This document shows, piece after piece, positions 28,517 to 37,703 of a DNA stretch of 49,764 bases. This DNA is from Vicinamibacteria bacterium (GTDB lineage: Bacteria > Acidobacteriota > Vicinamibacteria > Vicinamibacterales > JAENWD01): contig JAENWD010000289.1 in assembly GCA_016650245.1 (NCBI GenBank), positions 1 to 49,764 on the forward strand. The letters are read 5' to 3'. The notes beneath the pieces were generated by a model. The model had not been told where the DNA came from and searched no databases. It worked only from the letters and a program-made list of their open reading frames with translations. Numbering within the stretch: the stretch's first letter is position 1; the number at the start of each line of letters is the position of its first letter. The position numbers and the translations under genes were made by a program.

Positions 28517-30223
28517 ATGTCGATGCAGATCAAGCAGACCCCAACGCCGTACGACGTGTGTATCGTCGGCTCTGGCGCCGGCGGCGGCGCTGCCGCCTAT
28601 GTGCTCACCAGGGCCGGCGCCAACGTCGTGATGCTTGAAGCCGGTCCCCAGTGGGACGCGGCGACAGACTCGGCCATGTTCAAGATGCCGTATGACTCGC
28701 CGCGCCGCGGGGCATCAACGCCCGAAAAGGGCTTCGGCGAGTTCGATGGGTGCATCGGCGATTGGAAGATCGAGGGAGAACCTTACACGACGGCGCCGGG
28801 CGAGCGGTTCGACTGGTATCGTGCGCGGATGCTGGGTGGCCGCACAAACCACTGGGGACGCATCTCGCTGCGCTTCGGGCCCGACGACTTCCAGCACAAG
28901 ACCATCGACGGGCTGGGCGACAACTGGCCCATCACCTACGACGACATCAAGCCGTACTACGACCAGCTCGACCAGCTCGTGGGCATCTTCGGCTCGAAGG
29001 AAGGGATCCACAACGAGCCCGACGGGATCTTCCTCCCGCCGCCCAGGCCGCGCTGTTACGAGATGCTGATCAAGCAGGCCTCCGACAAACTCGGCATCCC
29101 CTGCATTCCGTCGCGTCTGTCGATCCTCACCAAGTCGATCCACGGCCGCCCGCAGTGCCATTTCTGCGGGCAGTGCGGACGCGGCTGCGCGACGCACTCG
29201 AACTTCTCGTCGACCTCCGTCTTCCTGCCGCCGGCGCTGGCTACCGGCAAGCTGACGATTATCACCGGCGCGATGGCGCGCGAGGTGCTGACCGACACCA
29301 ACGGGCTGGCGACGGGCGTCTCCTACGTCAACACGTCGGATGCGCGCGAGTACTCGGTGCGCGCCAGGGCCGTCGTGCTGGCGGCCAGCGCGGGGGAATC
29401 GGCGCGGTTGATGTTCAACTCCAGGTCGCCGCGGCACCCCAACGGGCTGTCCAACAGCAGCGGCGTGCTGGGCAAGTACCTCACCGACTCCACCGGCCTC
29501 AGCGTCAGAGGGTTCATCCCGAAGATGCTGGACACGCCGGCGCACAACGAAGACGGCGTGGGCGGCATGCACCTGTTCATGCCGTGGTGGGCCGACAACA
29601 AGACGCTCGACTTCCCACGCGGGTACCACATCGAGATCGGCGGCGGCCGGCACATGCCGGGCTACGGGTTTGGCGGCGGCATCGCCAGCATGCCCGGCAG
29701 TAACGGCGGCGGCTACGGCAAGGCGCTCAAGGACGACTACCGCAAGTACTACGGCGCCACGGTGGGCTTTGCCGGCCGCGGCGAGATGGTGCCCAACGAC
29801 GACTGCTACTGCGAAGTCGATCCGGATTCCGTGGACAAGTGGGGGATTCCGGTCCTGCGGTTCCGCTGGAAGTGGAGCGACCACGAGATCAGGCAAGCCA
29901 AGCACATGCAGGACACGTTCCGCGAGATCATCCACGCCATGGGCGGCGAGCCGCTCGGGGCGATGCCCGGCAAGGACCGTGATTACGGGCTCGAGGCAGG
30001 CGGACGCATCATCCATGAAGCCGGCTGCACCCGGATGGGCAGCGACCCGAAAACCTCGGTGCTCAACCAGTGGTGCCAGGCGCACGACGCCAGAAACGTC
30101 GTCGTCGCCGACGCGGGCCCGTTTGTCACCAACGCGGACAAGAACTGCACGTGGACGATCATGGCGCTGTCCTGGCGGACCAGTCAGCACCTGGCGGATG
30201 AGATGAAGAAGGGGAATGTCTGA
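28517..30223 (+). CDS. GMC-family FAD-dependent oxidoreductase (gluconate 2-dehydrogenase flavoprotein-like)
   Basis: An FAD fold ([19 protein letters not shown]) plus a GMC C-terminal region (HEAGCTRMG). ATG at 28517 is preferred over the TTG at 28475. It overlaps the small-subunit gene by 1 nt (TGATG). Confidence 0.85.
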   Translation: MSMQIKQTPTPYDVCIVGSGAGGGAAAYVLTRAGANVVMLEAGPQWDAATDSAMFKMPYDSPRRGASTPEKGFGEFDGCIGDWKIEGEPYTTAPGERFDWYRARMLGGRTNHWGRISLRFGPDDFQHKTIDGLGDNWPITYDDIKPYYDQLDQLVGIFGSKEGIHNEPDGIFLPPPRPRCYEMLIKQASDKLGIPCIPSRLSILTKSIHGRPQCHFCGQCGRGCATHSNFSSTSVFLPPALATGKLTIITGAMAREVLTDTNGLATGVSYVNTSDAREYSVRARAVVLAASAGESARLMFNSRSPRHPNGLSNSSGVLGKYLTDSTGLSVRGFIPKMLDTPAHNEDGVGGMHLFMPWWADNKTLDFPRGYHIEIGGGRHMPGYGFGGGIASMPGSNGGGYGKALKDDYRKYYGATVGFAGRGEMVPNDDCYCEVDPDSVDKWGIPVLRFRWKWSDHEIRQAKHMQDTFREIIHAMGGEPLGAMPGKDRDYGLEAGGRIIHEAGCTRMGSDPKTSVLNQWCQAHDARNVVVADAGPFVTNADKNCTWTIMALSWRTSQHLADEMKKGNV

Positions 30224-30834
30224 TGTACATCACCCGACGGAACGCACTCAAGATCATCGGCGCCACGCCAGTGGCGGCTGGCATCGGCCTCGCCGAGGCA
30301 ACCGCCGAACCCGAGGCGCATCAGCACGGCACCCCGGTCGCAGGGAGAGGCGCCGCCGGCAGGAAGGGTGCCTACAAGCCGAAGTTCTTCACCCCGCACG
30401 AGTGGGCGACCGTCGCGCTGCTCGCCAACATCGTCATCCCCAAGGACGAGAAGTCCGGCAGTGCGACCGACGCGGGTGTGCCCGAGTTCATCGACTTCAT
30501 GATGACGGACCGGCCCGAAGGGCAGGTGCCGATGCGCGGCGGCCTGCGGTGGCTGGATGCCGAAAGCCACTCGCGGTTCGGCAAGTCGTTCCGCGAGGTC
30601 ACCGACGCGCAGCGCACCGCCCTGGTTGACGACATCGCCTATCCACGGAAGGCCACGCCGGAGTTCAGCCACGGCGTCGCCTTCTTCTCGCGATTCCGCG
30701 ACGCGGTGGCGACCGGCTTCTTCACGAGCAGGATGGGGATCCAGGACCTGCAGTACATGGGCAACGTGCCCAGTCCCGGCTGGGATGGGTGCCCCGACAA
30801 CTGCTACACGCATCTCGGGGTGACCAAGGCATGA
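30223..30834 (+). CDS. Gluconate 2-dehydrogenase subunit 3 family protein (Tat signal)
   Basis: It has a twin-arginine signal ([20 protein letters not shown]) and the family-typical FFTPHEWATVALLANIVIPKDE. It is paired with the GMC flavoprotein. Confidence 0.8.
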   Translation: MYITRRNALKIIGATPVAAGIGLAEATAEPEAHQHGTPVAGRGAAGRKGAYKPKFFTPHEWATVALLANIVIPKDEKSGSATDAGVPEFIDFMMTDRPEGQVPMRGGLRWLDAESHSRFGKSFREVTDAQRTALVDDIAYPRKATPEFSHGVAFFSRFRDAVATGFFTSRMGIQDLQYMGNVPSPGWDGCPDNCYTHLGVTKA

Positions 30835-32189
30835 CAGAGAATCGGGTTGATCGGGTTGGTCGGGTTGATCGGGTTGGCCGGGTTCATCAGGTTGGTCGGG
30901 TTGGCCTGCTGTTGGTCGCCGCCATACTCTGGTCGACGCCCGTCGCGGCACAGGCGACGTACGTGCCTGCACCAGAGAACCTGAAGGCGCGCGAGTGGTT
31001 TCAGGACGCCAAGTTCGGGCTCTTCGTCCACTGGGGCGTCTACAGCGTCCTGGGCGACGGCGAGTGGGTGATGAACAACCAGAAGATCCAAGTGGCCGAC
31101 TACGAGAAGCTGCCGGCGTTTTTCAACCCCGAGCAGTTCAACGCCGCCGAGTGGGTGGCGATGGTGAAGGCCGCGGGAATGAAATACATCACCATCACCT
31201 CGAAGCACCACGACGGCTTCGCGATGTTCGACTCGAAGGTCTCCAGTTGGGACATCGTCGATCGGACGCAGTACCGGAAGGACGTGCTCAAGGCGCTGGC
31301 CGAGGAATGCCGCAAGCAGGGCATCAAGCTGTTCTTCTACTACTCGCAGCTCGACTGGCACCACCCGGACTACTATCCGCGTGGCCGCACCGGCAACGAC
31401 GCGGGCCGGCCTGACGCGGGCAACTGGGACACGTACATCGACTACATGAACGCCCAGCTCACAGAGTTGCTCACCAACTACGGTGAGATTGGCGGCATCT
31501 GGTTCGACGGCTGGTGGGATCGGCCCGACGCCAAGTGGCGGCTGGAGGAGACCTACGCGCTCATCCATCGCCTGCAGCCCCAGGCGCTGGTCGGCGCCAA
31601 CCACCACAAGAAGCCGTTTGACGGCGAAGACTTCCAGATGTTCGAGAAGGACCTGCCGGGGCACAATACGGCCGGCTTCAACGAGGACTCGCAGATCGGT
31701 CACCTGCCGCTCGAGATGTGCGACACCATCAACGGCGCCTGGGGTTTCAACCTCCAGGATCGCCGGCACAAGAGCACGCGGGACCTGATCCACCTGCTCG
31801 TCAAAGGCGCCGGCTACAACGCCAACTTCCTCCTCAACGTCGGGCCCATGCCCAACGGGAAGATCCAGGCCGAGCACAGCGCGCGGTTGAAGGAAGTGGG
31901 CGAGTGGCTGGCCGTGCACGGCGAGTCGATCTACGGCTCGCGCGGCGGGCCGGTGACCCCGCGGCCCTGGGGCGTGACGACGAAAAAGGGCGACACGGTC
32001 TACGTGCACGTGCTCAACTGGCAGGATCCGAACCTGCTCGTGCCGTCGGTGGGTGGCCCGGTGAGAAGCGCCCGCTTCGTGAAGACCGGCGCGAAGGCCG
32101 ACGTGAGAAACGTCGCCGAGGGCGTGATCCTCACGATCCCGCAGACGGCTGTGGACCCGTACGACACCGTGATCGCTTTGGAGATGTAG
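30831..32189 (+). CDS. Alpha-L-fucosidase (GH29)
   Basis: GH29 motifs: FGLFVHWGVYS, YITITSKHHDGFAMFDS, GGIWFDGWW. The ATG at 30831 overlaps the upstream stop (ATGA). The n-region of the signal peptide is encoded by the 9-nt array. Confidence 0.85.
   Translation: MTENRVDRVGRVDRVGRVHQVGRVGLLLVAAILWSTPVAAQATYVPAPENLKAREWFQDAKFGLFVHWGVYSVLGDGEWVMNNQKIQVADYEKLPAFFNPEQFNAAEWVAMVKAAGMKYITITSKHHDGFAMFDSKVSSWDIVDRTQYRKDVLKALAEECRKQGIKLFFYYSQLDWHHPDYYPRGRTGNDAGRPDAGNWDTYIDYMNAQLTELLTNYGEIGGIWFDGWWDRPDAKWRLEETYALIHRLQPQALVGANHHKKPFDGEDFQMFEKDLPGHNTAGFNEDSQIGHLPLEMCDTINGAWGFNLQDRRHKSTRDLIHLLVKGAGYNANFLLNVGPMPNGKIQAEHSARLKEVGEWLAVHGESIYGSRGGPVTPRPWGVTTKKGDTVYVHVLNWQDPNLLVPSVGGPVRSARFVKTGAKADVRNVAEGVILTIPQTAVDPYDTVIALEM
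30843..30905. repeat. Seven-unit 9-nt tandem array (CGGGTTGAT CGGGTTGGT CGGGTTGAT CGGGTTGGC CGGGTTCAT CAGGTTGGT CGGGTTGGC), family C
   Basis: Read directly. It is in frame within the fucosidase 5' end and encodes RVD RVG RVD RVG RVH QVG RVG. Confidence 0.9.
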
Positions 32190-32190
32190 C

Positions 32191-32208
32191 GCAGGCCTTC
32201 AGGCCTGC
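32191..32208. other. Intercistronic GC-rich stem-loop GCAGGCC-TTCA-GGCCTGC
   Basis: A perfect 7-bp stem starting 2 nt after the fucosidase TAG (32187-32189). Confidence 0.6.
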
Positions 32209-32222
32209 CCAGGAGCACAACG

Positions 32223-33089
32223 ATGGCACTCTCACGACGTGATGCGCTCAGGACCGCCGGGGCCGTGGCCGCCGGCGCGGTGTTTGCCGGCTCGGAGACC
32301 TCTGCACAGGAGAAGGCCGTCAAGCTGGGCAGGTTGAAGCAGTCGGTGTGCCGCTGGTGCTATCAGCGCATCCCGCTCGAGGACTTCCTCAAGTCGGTCG
32401 CCGATCTCGGCCTGCCGGCCGTGGACTTGCTGCAGCCCGAGGAGTTCGCGATCGCCGCCAAGTATGGGCTCACGGTGTCCACTGGTTACCCGGGCAAAGG
32501 CGGCGGTACCATCCCGGACGGCCTGAACAACCCGGCGCTGCACGACCAGATCTACGAGACCTTCAAGACGGGGATCCCGTTCGCCAAGGCGGCGAAGGTG
32601 CCGAACCTGATCACCTTCTTCGGCAACCGCAAGGGCATGCCCGACGACCAGGCGATCGCCAATTGCGCGGCGGTGCTCAACCGCATCAAGCCCATCGCCG
32701 AAGAGCACGGTGTCACCGTGGTCGTCGAGCTGCTCAACAGCAAGGTGAACCACAAGGACTACCAGGGCGACAAGACGCCGTTTGGCGTCGAAGTGATGAC
32801 GCGGGTGGCCTCGCCCAACGTCAAGCTGCTGTACGACATCTACCACATGCAGATCATGGAGGGCGACATCATCCGCACGATCAAGGACAACAAGGACTGG
32901 ATCGCGCACTACCACACGGGCGGCGTCCCCGGGCGTAACGAGCTCGATCCGACGCAGGAACTGCAGTGGCCCGCCATCGTCAAGGCGATTCACGAGACCG
33001 GCTACACCGGCTACTTCGCGCACGAGTTCATCCCGGTGCGCGAACCGATGGCATCACTGCGCGAAGCCGTGGTGCTCTGCGACGTGTAA
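32223..33089 (+). CDS. Sugar phosphate isomerase/epimerase (xylose isomerase-like TIM barrel, hydroxypyruvate isomerase-like) with Tat signal
   Basis: It has the Tat motif MALSRRDALRTAGAVAAGAV. TIM-barrel family features are present (VVVELLNSKVNHKDY, KLLYDIYHMQIMEGD, YTGYFAHEF). Confidence 0.75.
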   Translation: MALSRRDALRTAGAVAAGAVFAGSETSAQEKAVKLGRLKQSVCRWCYQRIPLEDFLKSVADLGLPAVDLLQPEEFAIAAKYGLTVSTGYPGKGGGTIPDGLNNPALHDQIYETFKTGIPFAKAAKVPNLITFFGNRKGMPDDQAIANCAAVLNRIKPIAEEHGVTVVVELLNSKVNHKDYQGDKTPFGVEVMTRVASPNVKLLYDIYHMQIMEGDIIRTIKDNKDWIAHYHTGGVPGRNELDPTQELQWPAIVKAIHETGYTGYFAHEFIPVREPMASLREAVVLCDV

Positions 33090-33114
33090 TCTGCAATCGT
33101 CAATCTGCAATGAC
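33087..33114. repeat. Heptamer array TAATCTG CAATCGT CAATCTG CAATGAC, family A
   Basis: Read directly. The first unit holds the upstream TAA stop (33087-33089) and the last unit holds the downstream ATG (33110-33112). Confidence 0.85.
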
Positions 33115-34420
33115 GAGCCCCCCTCCTACGTCACTCGGGGGGCTCGTCCGCCACCTCGGTCCCGGCTTCATCATCACCGCCACCATCGTCGGGTCTGGCG
33201 AGCTGATCGTCACGCCCAAGCTGGGCGCGTCGGTGGGCTTCAGCCTGCTGTGGTTCATCGTGCTGGGCTGCGTATTGAAAGTGTTCGTGCAGATCCAGCT
33301 GGCGCGCTGTGCGGTGGCCACCGGCCGCACCACGCTCGACGCGCTCAACGCGTTACCGGGTCCGCGGTGGCGCGTGTCGTGGATCCTCTGGCTGTGGCTG
33401 GCCATGTACCTGTCGCTGATCGTCCAGGTCAGCGGCATCGTGGGCGGCATCGCCGGTGTGTTCGCAGAACTCGGCATCGCCGGCGGACCGCGGGCCTGGG
33501 CGCTGCCGGTCGGCGTCTCGTGCGCACTGTTGCTGGCCAGCGGCCGCTACAGCGTCGTCGAGCGCGGCTCGACGTGGATGGTGGCCCTCTTCACGGTGTC
33601 GGCCGTCGTGTCGGTCGGCGTGCTGCAGTCGACTCCCTATCGCATCACGGCGTCGCAGTTGTGGAGCGGCATGCAGTTCGCGTTGCCCGACAGCTTCACC
33701 GTCGCGTTTGCGGCGTTTGGCGTCATCGGCGTCGGCGCGTCCGAGCTGATCTACTACCCGTACTGGTGTCTCGAAAAGGGCTACGCCCGTCACGTCGGAA
33801 CCGACGACGGCACCGCGGGCTGGGCCCGGCGCGCCCGCGGCTGGATGCGGGTGATGCGGGTCGACGCTGGCGTGTCGCTGGTGCTCTATACCGCGATCAC
33901 CATCGCGTTCTATCTGCTGGGTGCGGCCGTGCTGCACGCGCGTGGCCTCGACGTCACCAACGCGGACATGATCCACGTGCTATCGCAGATGTTCCGCCAG
34001 ACCTTTGGCGAGTGGACGCTCGTGATATTCCTGACGGGCGCCTTCTTCGTGCTCTACTCGACCTACTTCGGTGCCACCGCCGCCAATGCGCGCCTGGCCG
34101 CCGACGCCCTCGTGCTGTTTGGCGTGACGCAGTACCGCGACGAGGCTGCCCGACTGCGCGCGGTGCGCTGGTTCTCCATCGGCATCTCGCTCACCTGCGC
34201 GCTGGTGTACCTCGTCTGGTCGCAGCCGGTGACCTTGGTGCTGATCGGCGCCACCGGGCAGGCCCTGATGCTCCCGTTCCTCGGCGTGGCTGCCGTGCGC
34301 TTCAACGGTGACATCGACCCACGCCTGCGTGGACCCTGGTGGGAATCCGTCGGCCTGTGGCTCTCGGCCACCGCCATGGTGGTGCTCGGCGTGTATCAAC
34401 TGTGGACGCTCACGCGCTAG
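33110..34420 (+). CDS. Nramp-superfamily-like transporter (non-canonical)
   Basis: About 11 TM helices. The N-terminal LGPGFIITATIVGSGELIV resembles the Nramp TM1 region, but GSGE replaces the canonical DPGN. ATG at 33110 is the start; the track ORF from 32966 runs through the upstream gene and the array. Confidence 0.6.
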   Translation: MTSPPPTSLGGLVRHLGPGFIITATIVGSGELIVTPKLGASVGFSLLWFIVLGCVLKVFVQIQLARCAVATGRTTLDALNALPGPRWRVSWILWLWLAMYLSLIVQVSGIVGGIAGVFAELGIAGGPRAWALPVGVSCALLLASGRYSVVERGSTWMVALFTVSAVVSVGVLQSTPYRITASQLWSGMQFALPDSFTVAFAAFGVIGVGASELIYYPYWCLEKGYARHVGTDDGTAGWARRARGWMRVMRVDAGVSLVLYTAITIAFYLLGAAVLHARGLDVTNADMIHVLSQMFRQTFGEWTLVIFLTGAFFVLYSTYFGATAANARLAADALVLFGVTQYRDEAARLRAVRWFSIGISLTCALVYLVWSQPVTLVLIGATGQALMLPFLGVAAVRFNGDIDPRLRGPWWESVGLWLSATAMVVLGVYQLWTLTR

Positions 34421-34447
34421 ACGACCAATTCAGCTATCATCCGCCGC

Positions 34448-35437
34448 ATGCGTCCTTTTGCGCTTGGCATCCTTGTCGCCGCGACCGTGATTGGCGGTGC
34501 GTCTGACGCATCGGCTGAGGTGAAAGTGGAGCGGGTCACCTATCTCAATCAGCCCAACTGCATCCGCCTGTCCAATGGAGCCGTCGAGGTGATCCTCACG
34601 ACGGCCATTGGCCCGCGCGTGATCCGTTACGGTTTCATCGGCGGCGACAATCTCCTGGGCGAGGTGACCGAGGCGAGCGTGAAGACCGCACTTGGCGAGT
34701 GGAAGCCGTGGGGCGGACATCGCCTGTGGACGGCGCCCGAGGACATGCCGCGCAGTTACTCGCCAGACAACGGGCCGGTCGAAGCCACCGTGACGGGCGC
34801 GACGGTACGGCTGGTGCAGCCGGTTGAACCGCACACCGGCATCGTGAAGGAACTGACAGTGACGCTTGCCGAGACCGGCACGGGCGTGACCGTCGGCCAT
34901 CGCCTGACCAATCGGTCGCTGTGGACTGTCGACGTCTCGCCGTGGGCGCTGACGATCATGAACGCCGGCGGGACCATCCTCATCCCGCAAGAGCCGTACG
35001 CGAGCCACGACGACGCGCTGCTGCCGGTGCGTTCGCTGACGATGTGGGCGTACACAGACCTGTCCGATCCGCGGTGGGGGCTGGGACCGAAGTACATCCG
35101 GTTGCGCACCGACGCGGCGCGCGCCGGCTCGCAGAAGATCGGTGTCGCCAACAAGCGCGGCTGGGCCGGCTACGCCAGAAACGGCCACCTGTTCATCAAG
35201 CGCTACGACTGGCACGAGGGCACGACGTACCCTGACCACGGCGTCAACACCGAGGCCTACACGGCCGCGGCCTTCATCGAGCTCGAGACGATGGGCCCCA
35301 TGGCGTCGTTGCCGCCCGGCGGGTCGGCGACCCACCAGGAGCGCTGGTCGTTGTTTCGCGACGTCAAAGTCGAGGGCGACGACGCCGCGCTCGAGCGCGC
35401 ATTGACCCCGCATCTGGCGACATTGGGCCTGAAATAG
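34448..35437 (+). CDS. Secreted hypothetical protein (aldose-1-epimerase/DUF4380-like beta-sandwich, tentative)
   Basis: It has a signal peptide (MRPFALGILVAATVIGGASDASA), beta-rich composition, and sits in a carbohydrate gene neighbourhood. The family assignment is from memory only. Confidence 0.4.
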   Translation: MRPFALGILVAATVIGGASDASAEVKVERVTYLNQPNCIRLSNGAVEVILTTAIGPRVIRYGFIGGDNLLGEVTEASVKTALGEWKPWGGHRLWTAPEDMPRSYSPDNGPVEATVTGATVRLVQPVEPHTGIVKELTVTLAETGTGVTVGHRLTNRSLWTVDVSPWALTIMNAGGTILIPQEPYASHDDALLPVRSLTMWAYTDLSDPRWGLGPKYIRLRTDAARAGSQKIGVANKRGWAGYARNGHLFIKRYDWHEGTTYPDHGVNTEAYTAAAFIELETMGPMASLPPGGSATHQERWSLFRDVKVEGDDAALERALTPHLATLGLK

Positions 35438-35460
35438 GTGAGTCCCGCCCCATCCGACCC

Positions 35461-35530
35461 AATCTGCGCAATCTGCGTAATCTGCGGGTGATTACTCCGC
35501 GTAATCCTCTATAATCTGCGTAATTTCCCC
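35461..35530. repeat. 9-nt array AATCTGCGC AATCTGCGT AATCTGCGG plus degenerate (G)TAATC units; contains TATAAT at 35510-35515
   Basis: Read directly, upstream of the VWA gene (ATG 35546, GAGGT at 35536-35540). Confidence 0.8.
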
Positions 35531-35545
35531 CGGGCGAGGTCGTCC

Positions 35546-37648
35546 ATGCGTCAGCACGTCGCGTTGCTCTGCGTCATTGCGCTCACCACCGCGCTGAGCG
35601 CTCAGGACTACAGGGTCGAGGTACGGCTGGTTGAATCCGAGGTCCGCGTGACCGACCGCGCGGGCCGCCCCATCACCGATCTGACCCGTGCCGACTTCAC
35701 ACTGACCGAAAACGGCGTCCCCCACGACGTGGCCACCGTGCAGTTCGTGCCACAGGCCGAGAACGACCGCGGAACGTGGGAAGCGCCCGACGGCATGCCG
35801 GGCGAGCCGGTGGCGGCGCCCATCGGAAGCCCCACCTGGGTTTACGTCGCAGCGGAAGTCGGTACCACCGACACCAAGCGGACCATAGAGGCCCTCCGCG
35901 CCTTCGTGCTCGGCAATCTCCGGCCAGGGTTCCACGTGTCGATTGGCAACCGCCCCTTCACCGACGCCCGCACCGATCTCATCGCGACGATCAACAAACT
36001 CGAGCGCGGGCCGCTGGGCGGCAACGGCCTGTCAGGGTTGGTGGATCTGTCGCGTCCGATGGCCGACGACGCCGCGATCGAGCGGGCGAATGCGGCCAAC
36101 ATCCAGCGCCAGAACGACGGTGTCGCGCCGCTGATGGGATTCATGGTCCGTCCGCAGCAGGCGCCCACCAACGCCGCGCTGGCTGCGCCGGTGACCGAGG
36201 GCCTGGTCGACCGGCAGTTGCCCATTTACGGCGAGGTGGCCCTGAACCAGTACTTCGGCCTGGTCGAACGCCTGGCGCCGCTGCCGGGCAAGAAGGCCAT
36301 CGTGTTGATGCGTCCGGGGCTGCGTCTGGAACAGGACAACGCCGGGCTGTTCCGCGATCTGGCCAGTTTTGCGGTGCGCCGGCGTGTCAGTTTCTACACC
36401 GTCGACTCGCGCGGCCTCAACCCGCAGACGCCTGTGGACGAGCGCGGCATAGCTCCCACGATCGACGGCCGCCGCCGCCGCGCCGAGCCGGACCTGGTCG
36501 GCCAGTCCGAGTTGCGCGCGCTGGCGCGTGAAGGGCTGGAGAACTTGGCGCGTGAGACCGGGGGCTACGCGATCATCGGCAGCAACCGCCTGGCCGACGT
36601 CTTCGACCGCGTGGTCCGCGACGCATCCGGGTATTACGTCGTGAGTTACTACCCGGTCGACTTGCGGTCGGCCGGCCGCTTCCGCGCGCTGAAGTTCAAC
36701 GTCACCAGGTTGGGCGCGCGCGTGCAGGCCGCCACCCGGGGTTATTACGAGCCGCGCACGACGTCGATGTTCGCGAAAGACGACCGCGGGCTGGCGCTGC
36801 GCCAGGCGATGCAGCGCGCCGAGGTTCCCGTCGATCTGCCCGTCGCCGCGTCTGTCGGGATGTTCGCCAGCGACGAGGGGTTCCCCGTGCTCGTGCTCAG
36901 TGCGGGCGTGCCCGCCAGCCAGTTGCAGCCCTCCGACTTGAAGGCGCCCCAACTGGTGGCGACCGCGATCCTGCGCGTGACCGACGCCACAAACGGGCGC
37001 CTGCCGCTCTATTTCGAGCGGCGCCTCGAGGCGCCGCTCGACGTCGCGCGCTGGGGCCAGGTGCGCGGGGATCGCACCGCCTTTTTGTCGATGAGCGATC
37101 TGCTGCCGCTGCTGCCGGGCGAGTACGACTGGCGCATCGTGTTTCGCGATGAGCGGTCGGGCCGGATGGGCGGCGTTGGCGGGCGCGTGCTGCTCAAGGA
37201 CTTCCGCGGCCCGTCCACGTCGAGCTCGCTGTTGCTGACGCGCCAGGTGGCGCGACGCGACGGCAATGCCGTTGACACCGATCGGCAGCCACTCGATGCC
37301 GGCGCCGTGCGCTTCGTGCCCCAGCCCTCCATGGTCTTCGCGCAGGGCGAGACCGTGCACCTGCTCTACATCGTGTACAACGCGACGCCCGAGGACCTCG
37401 ACGCCGTCAAGCAGGGCATGCATCTCGCCCTCTTGCGCAATGGCCGGGCCGTGGGCGATGTGCAGGCCGCCGGTGAGCCCGTGGTGGATGCCAAGCGCGG
37501 CCAGATTCAGTTCACCGGCGCCATCCGTACTGGCTCGCTCGAGCCGGGGACCTACACGGTCGTCGGCATGCTGCCAAACTTCGAGACCCGATCGCCCAAG
37601 CAGGTAGAGCAGCGCTTCCTGTTGATCGCGCCGACCGCCGGTTCGTAA
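35546..37648 (+). CDS. VWA-domain protein of the 'VWFA-related acidobacterial domain' type with long C-terminal extension
   Basis: A signal peptide is followed by YRVEVRLVESEVRVTDRAGRPITDLTRADFTLTENGVPHDVATVQFV, the hallmark N-terminus of this family. VWA-like core motifs follow (KKAIVLMRPG, SFYTVDSRG). Confidence 0.7.
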   Translation: MRQHVALLCVIALTTALSAQDYRVEVRLVESEVRVTDRAGRPITDLTRADFTLTENGVPHDVATVQFVPQAENDRGTWEAPDGMPGEPVAAPIGSPTWVYVAAEVGTTDTKRTIEALRAFVLGNLRPGFHVSIGNRPFTDARTDLIATINKLERGPLGGNGLSGLVDLSRPMADDAAIERANAANIQRQNDGVAPLMGFMVRPQQAPTNAALAAPVTEGLVDRQLPIYGEVALNQYFGLVERLAPLPGKKAIVLMRPGLRLEQDNAGLFRDLASFAVRRRVSFYTVDSRGLNPQTPVDERGIAPTIDGRRRRAEPDLVGQSELRALAREGLENLARETGGYAIIGSNRLADVFDRVVRDASGYYVVSYYPVDLRSAGRFRALKFNVTRLGARVQAATRGYYEPRTTSMFAKDDRGLALRQAMQRAEVPVDLPVAASVGMFASDEGFPVLVLSAGVPASQLQPSDLKAPQLVATAILRVTDATNGRLPLYFERRLEAPLDVARWGQVRGDRTAFLSMSDLLPLLPGEYDWRIVFRDERSGRMGGVGGRVLLKDFRGPSTSSSLLLTRQVARRDGNAVDTDRQPLDAGAVRFVPQPSMVFAQGETVHLLYIVYNATPEDLDAVKQGMHLALLRNGRAVGDVQAAGEPVVDAKRGQIQFTGAIRTGSLEPGTYTVVGMLPNFETRSPKQVEQRFLLIAPTAGS

Positions 37649-37674
37649 TCGTCAATCTGCAATTCTGCAATATA
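37646..37674. repeat. Heptamer array TAATCGT CAATCTG CAATTCTG CAATATA, family A
   Basis: Read directly. The first unit holds the TAA stop of the VWA gene. Confidence 0.8.
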
Positions 37675-37703
37675 CCCAGTGGTCTTTCCACTCGGAGTTG
37701 TCC

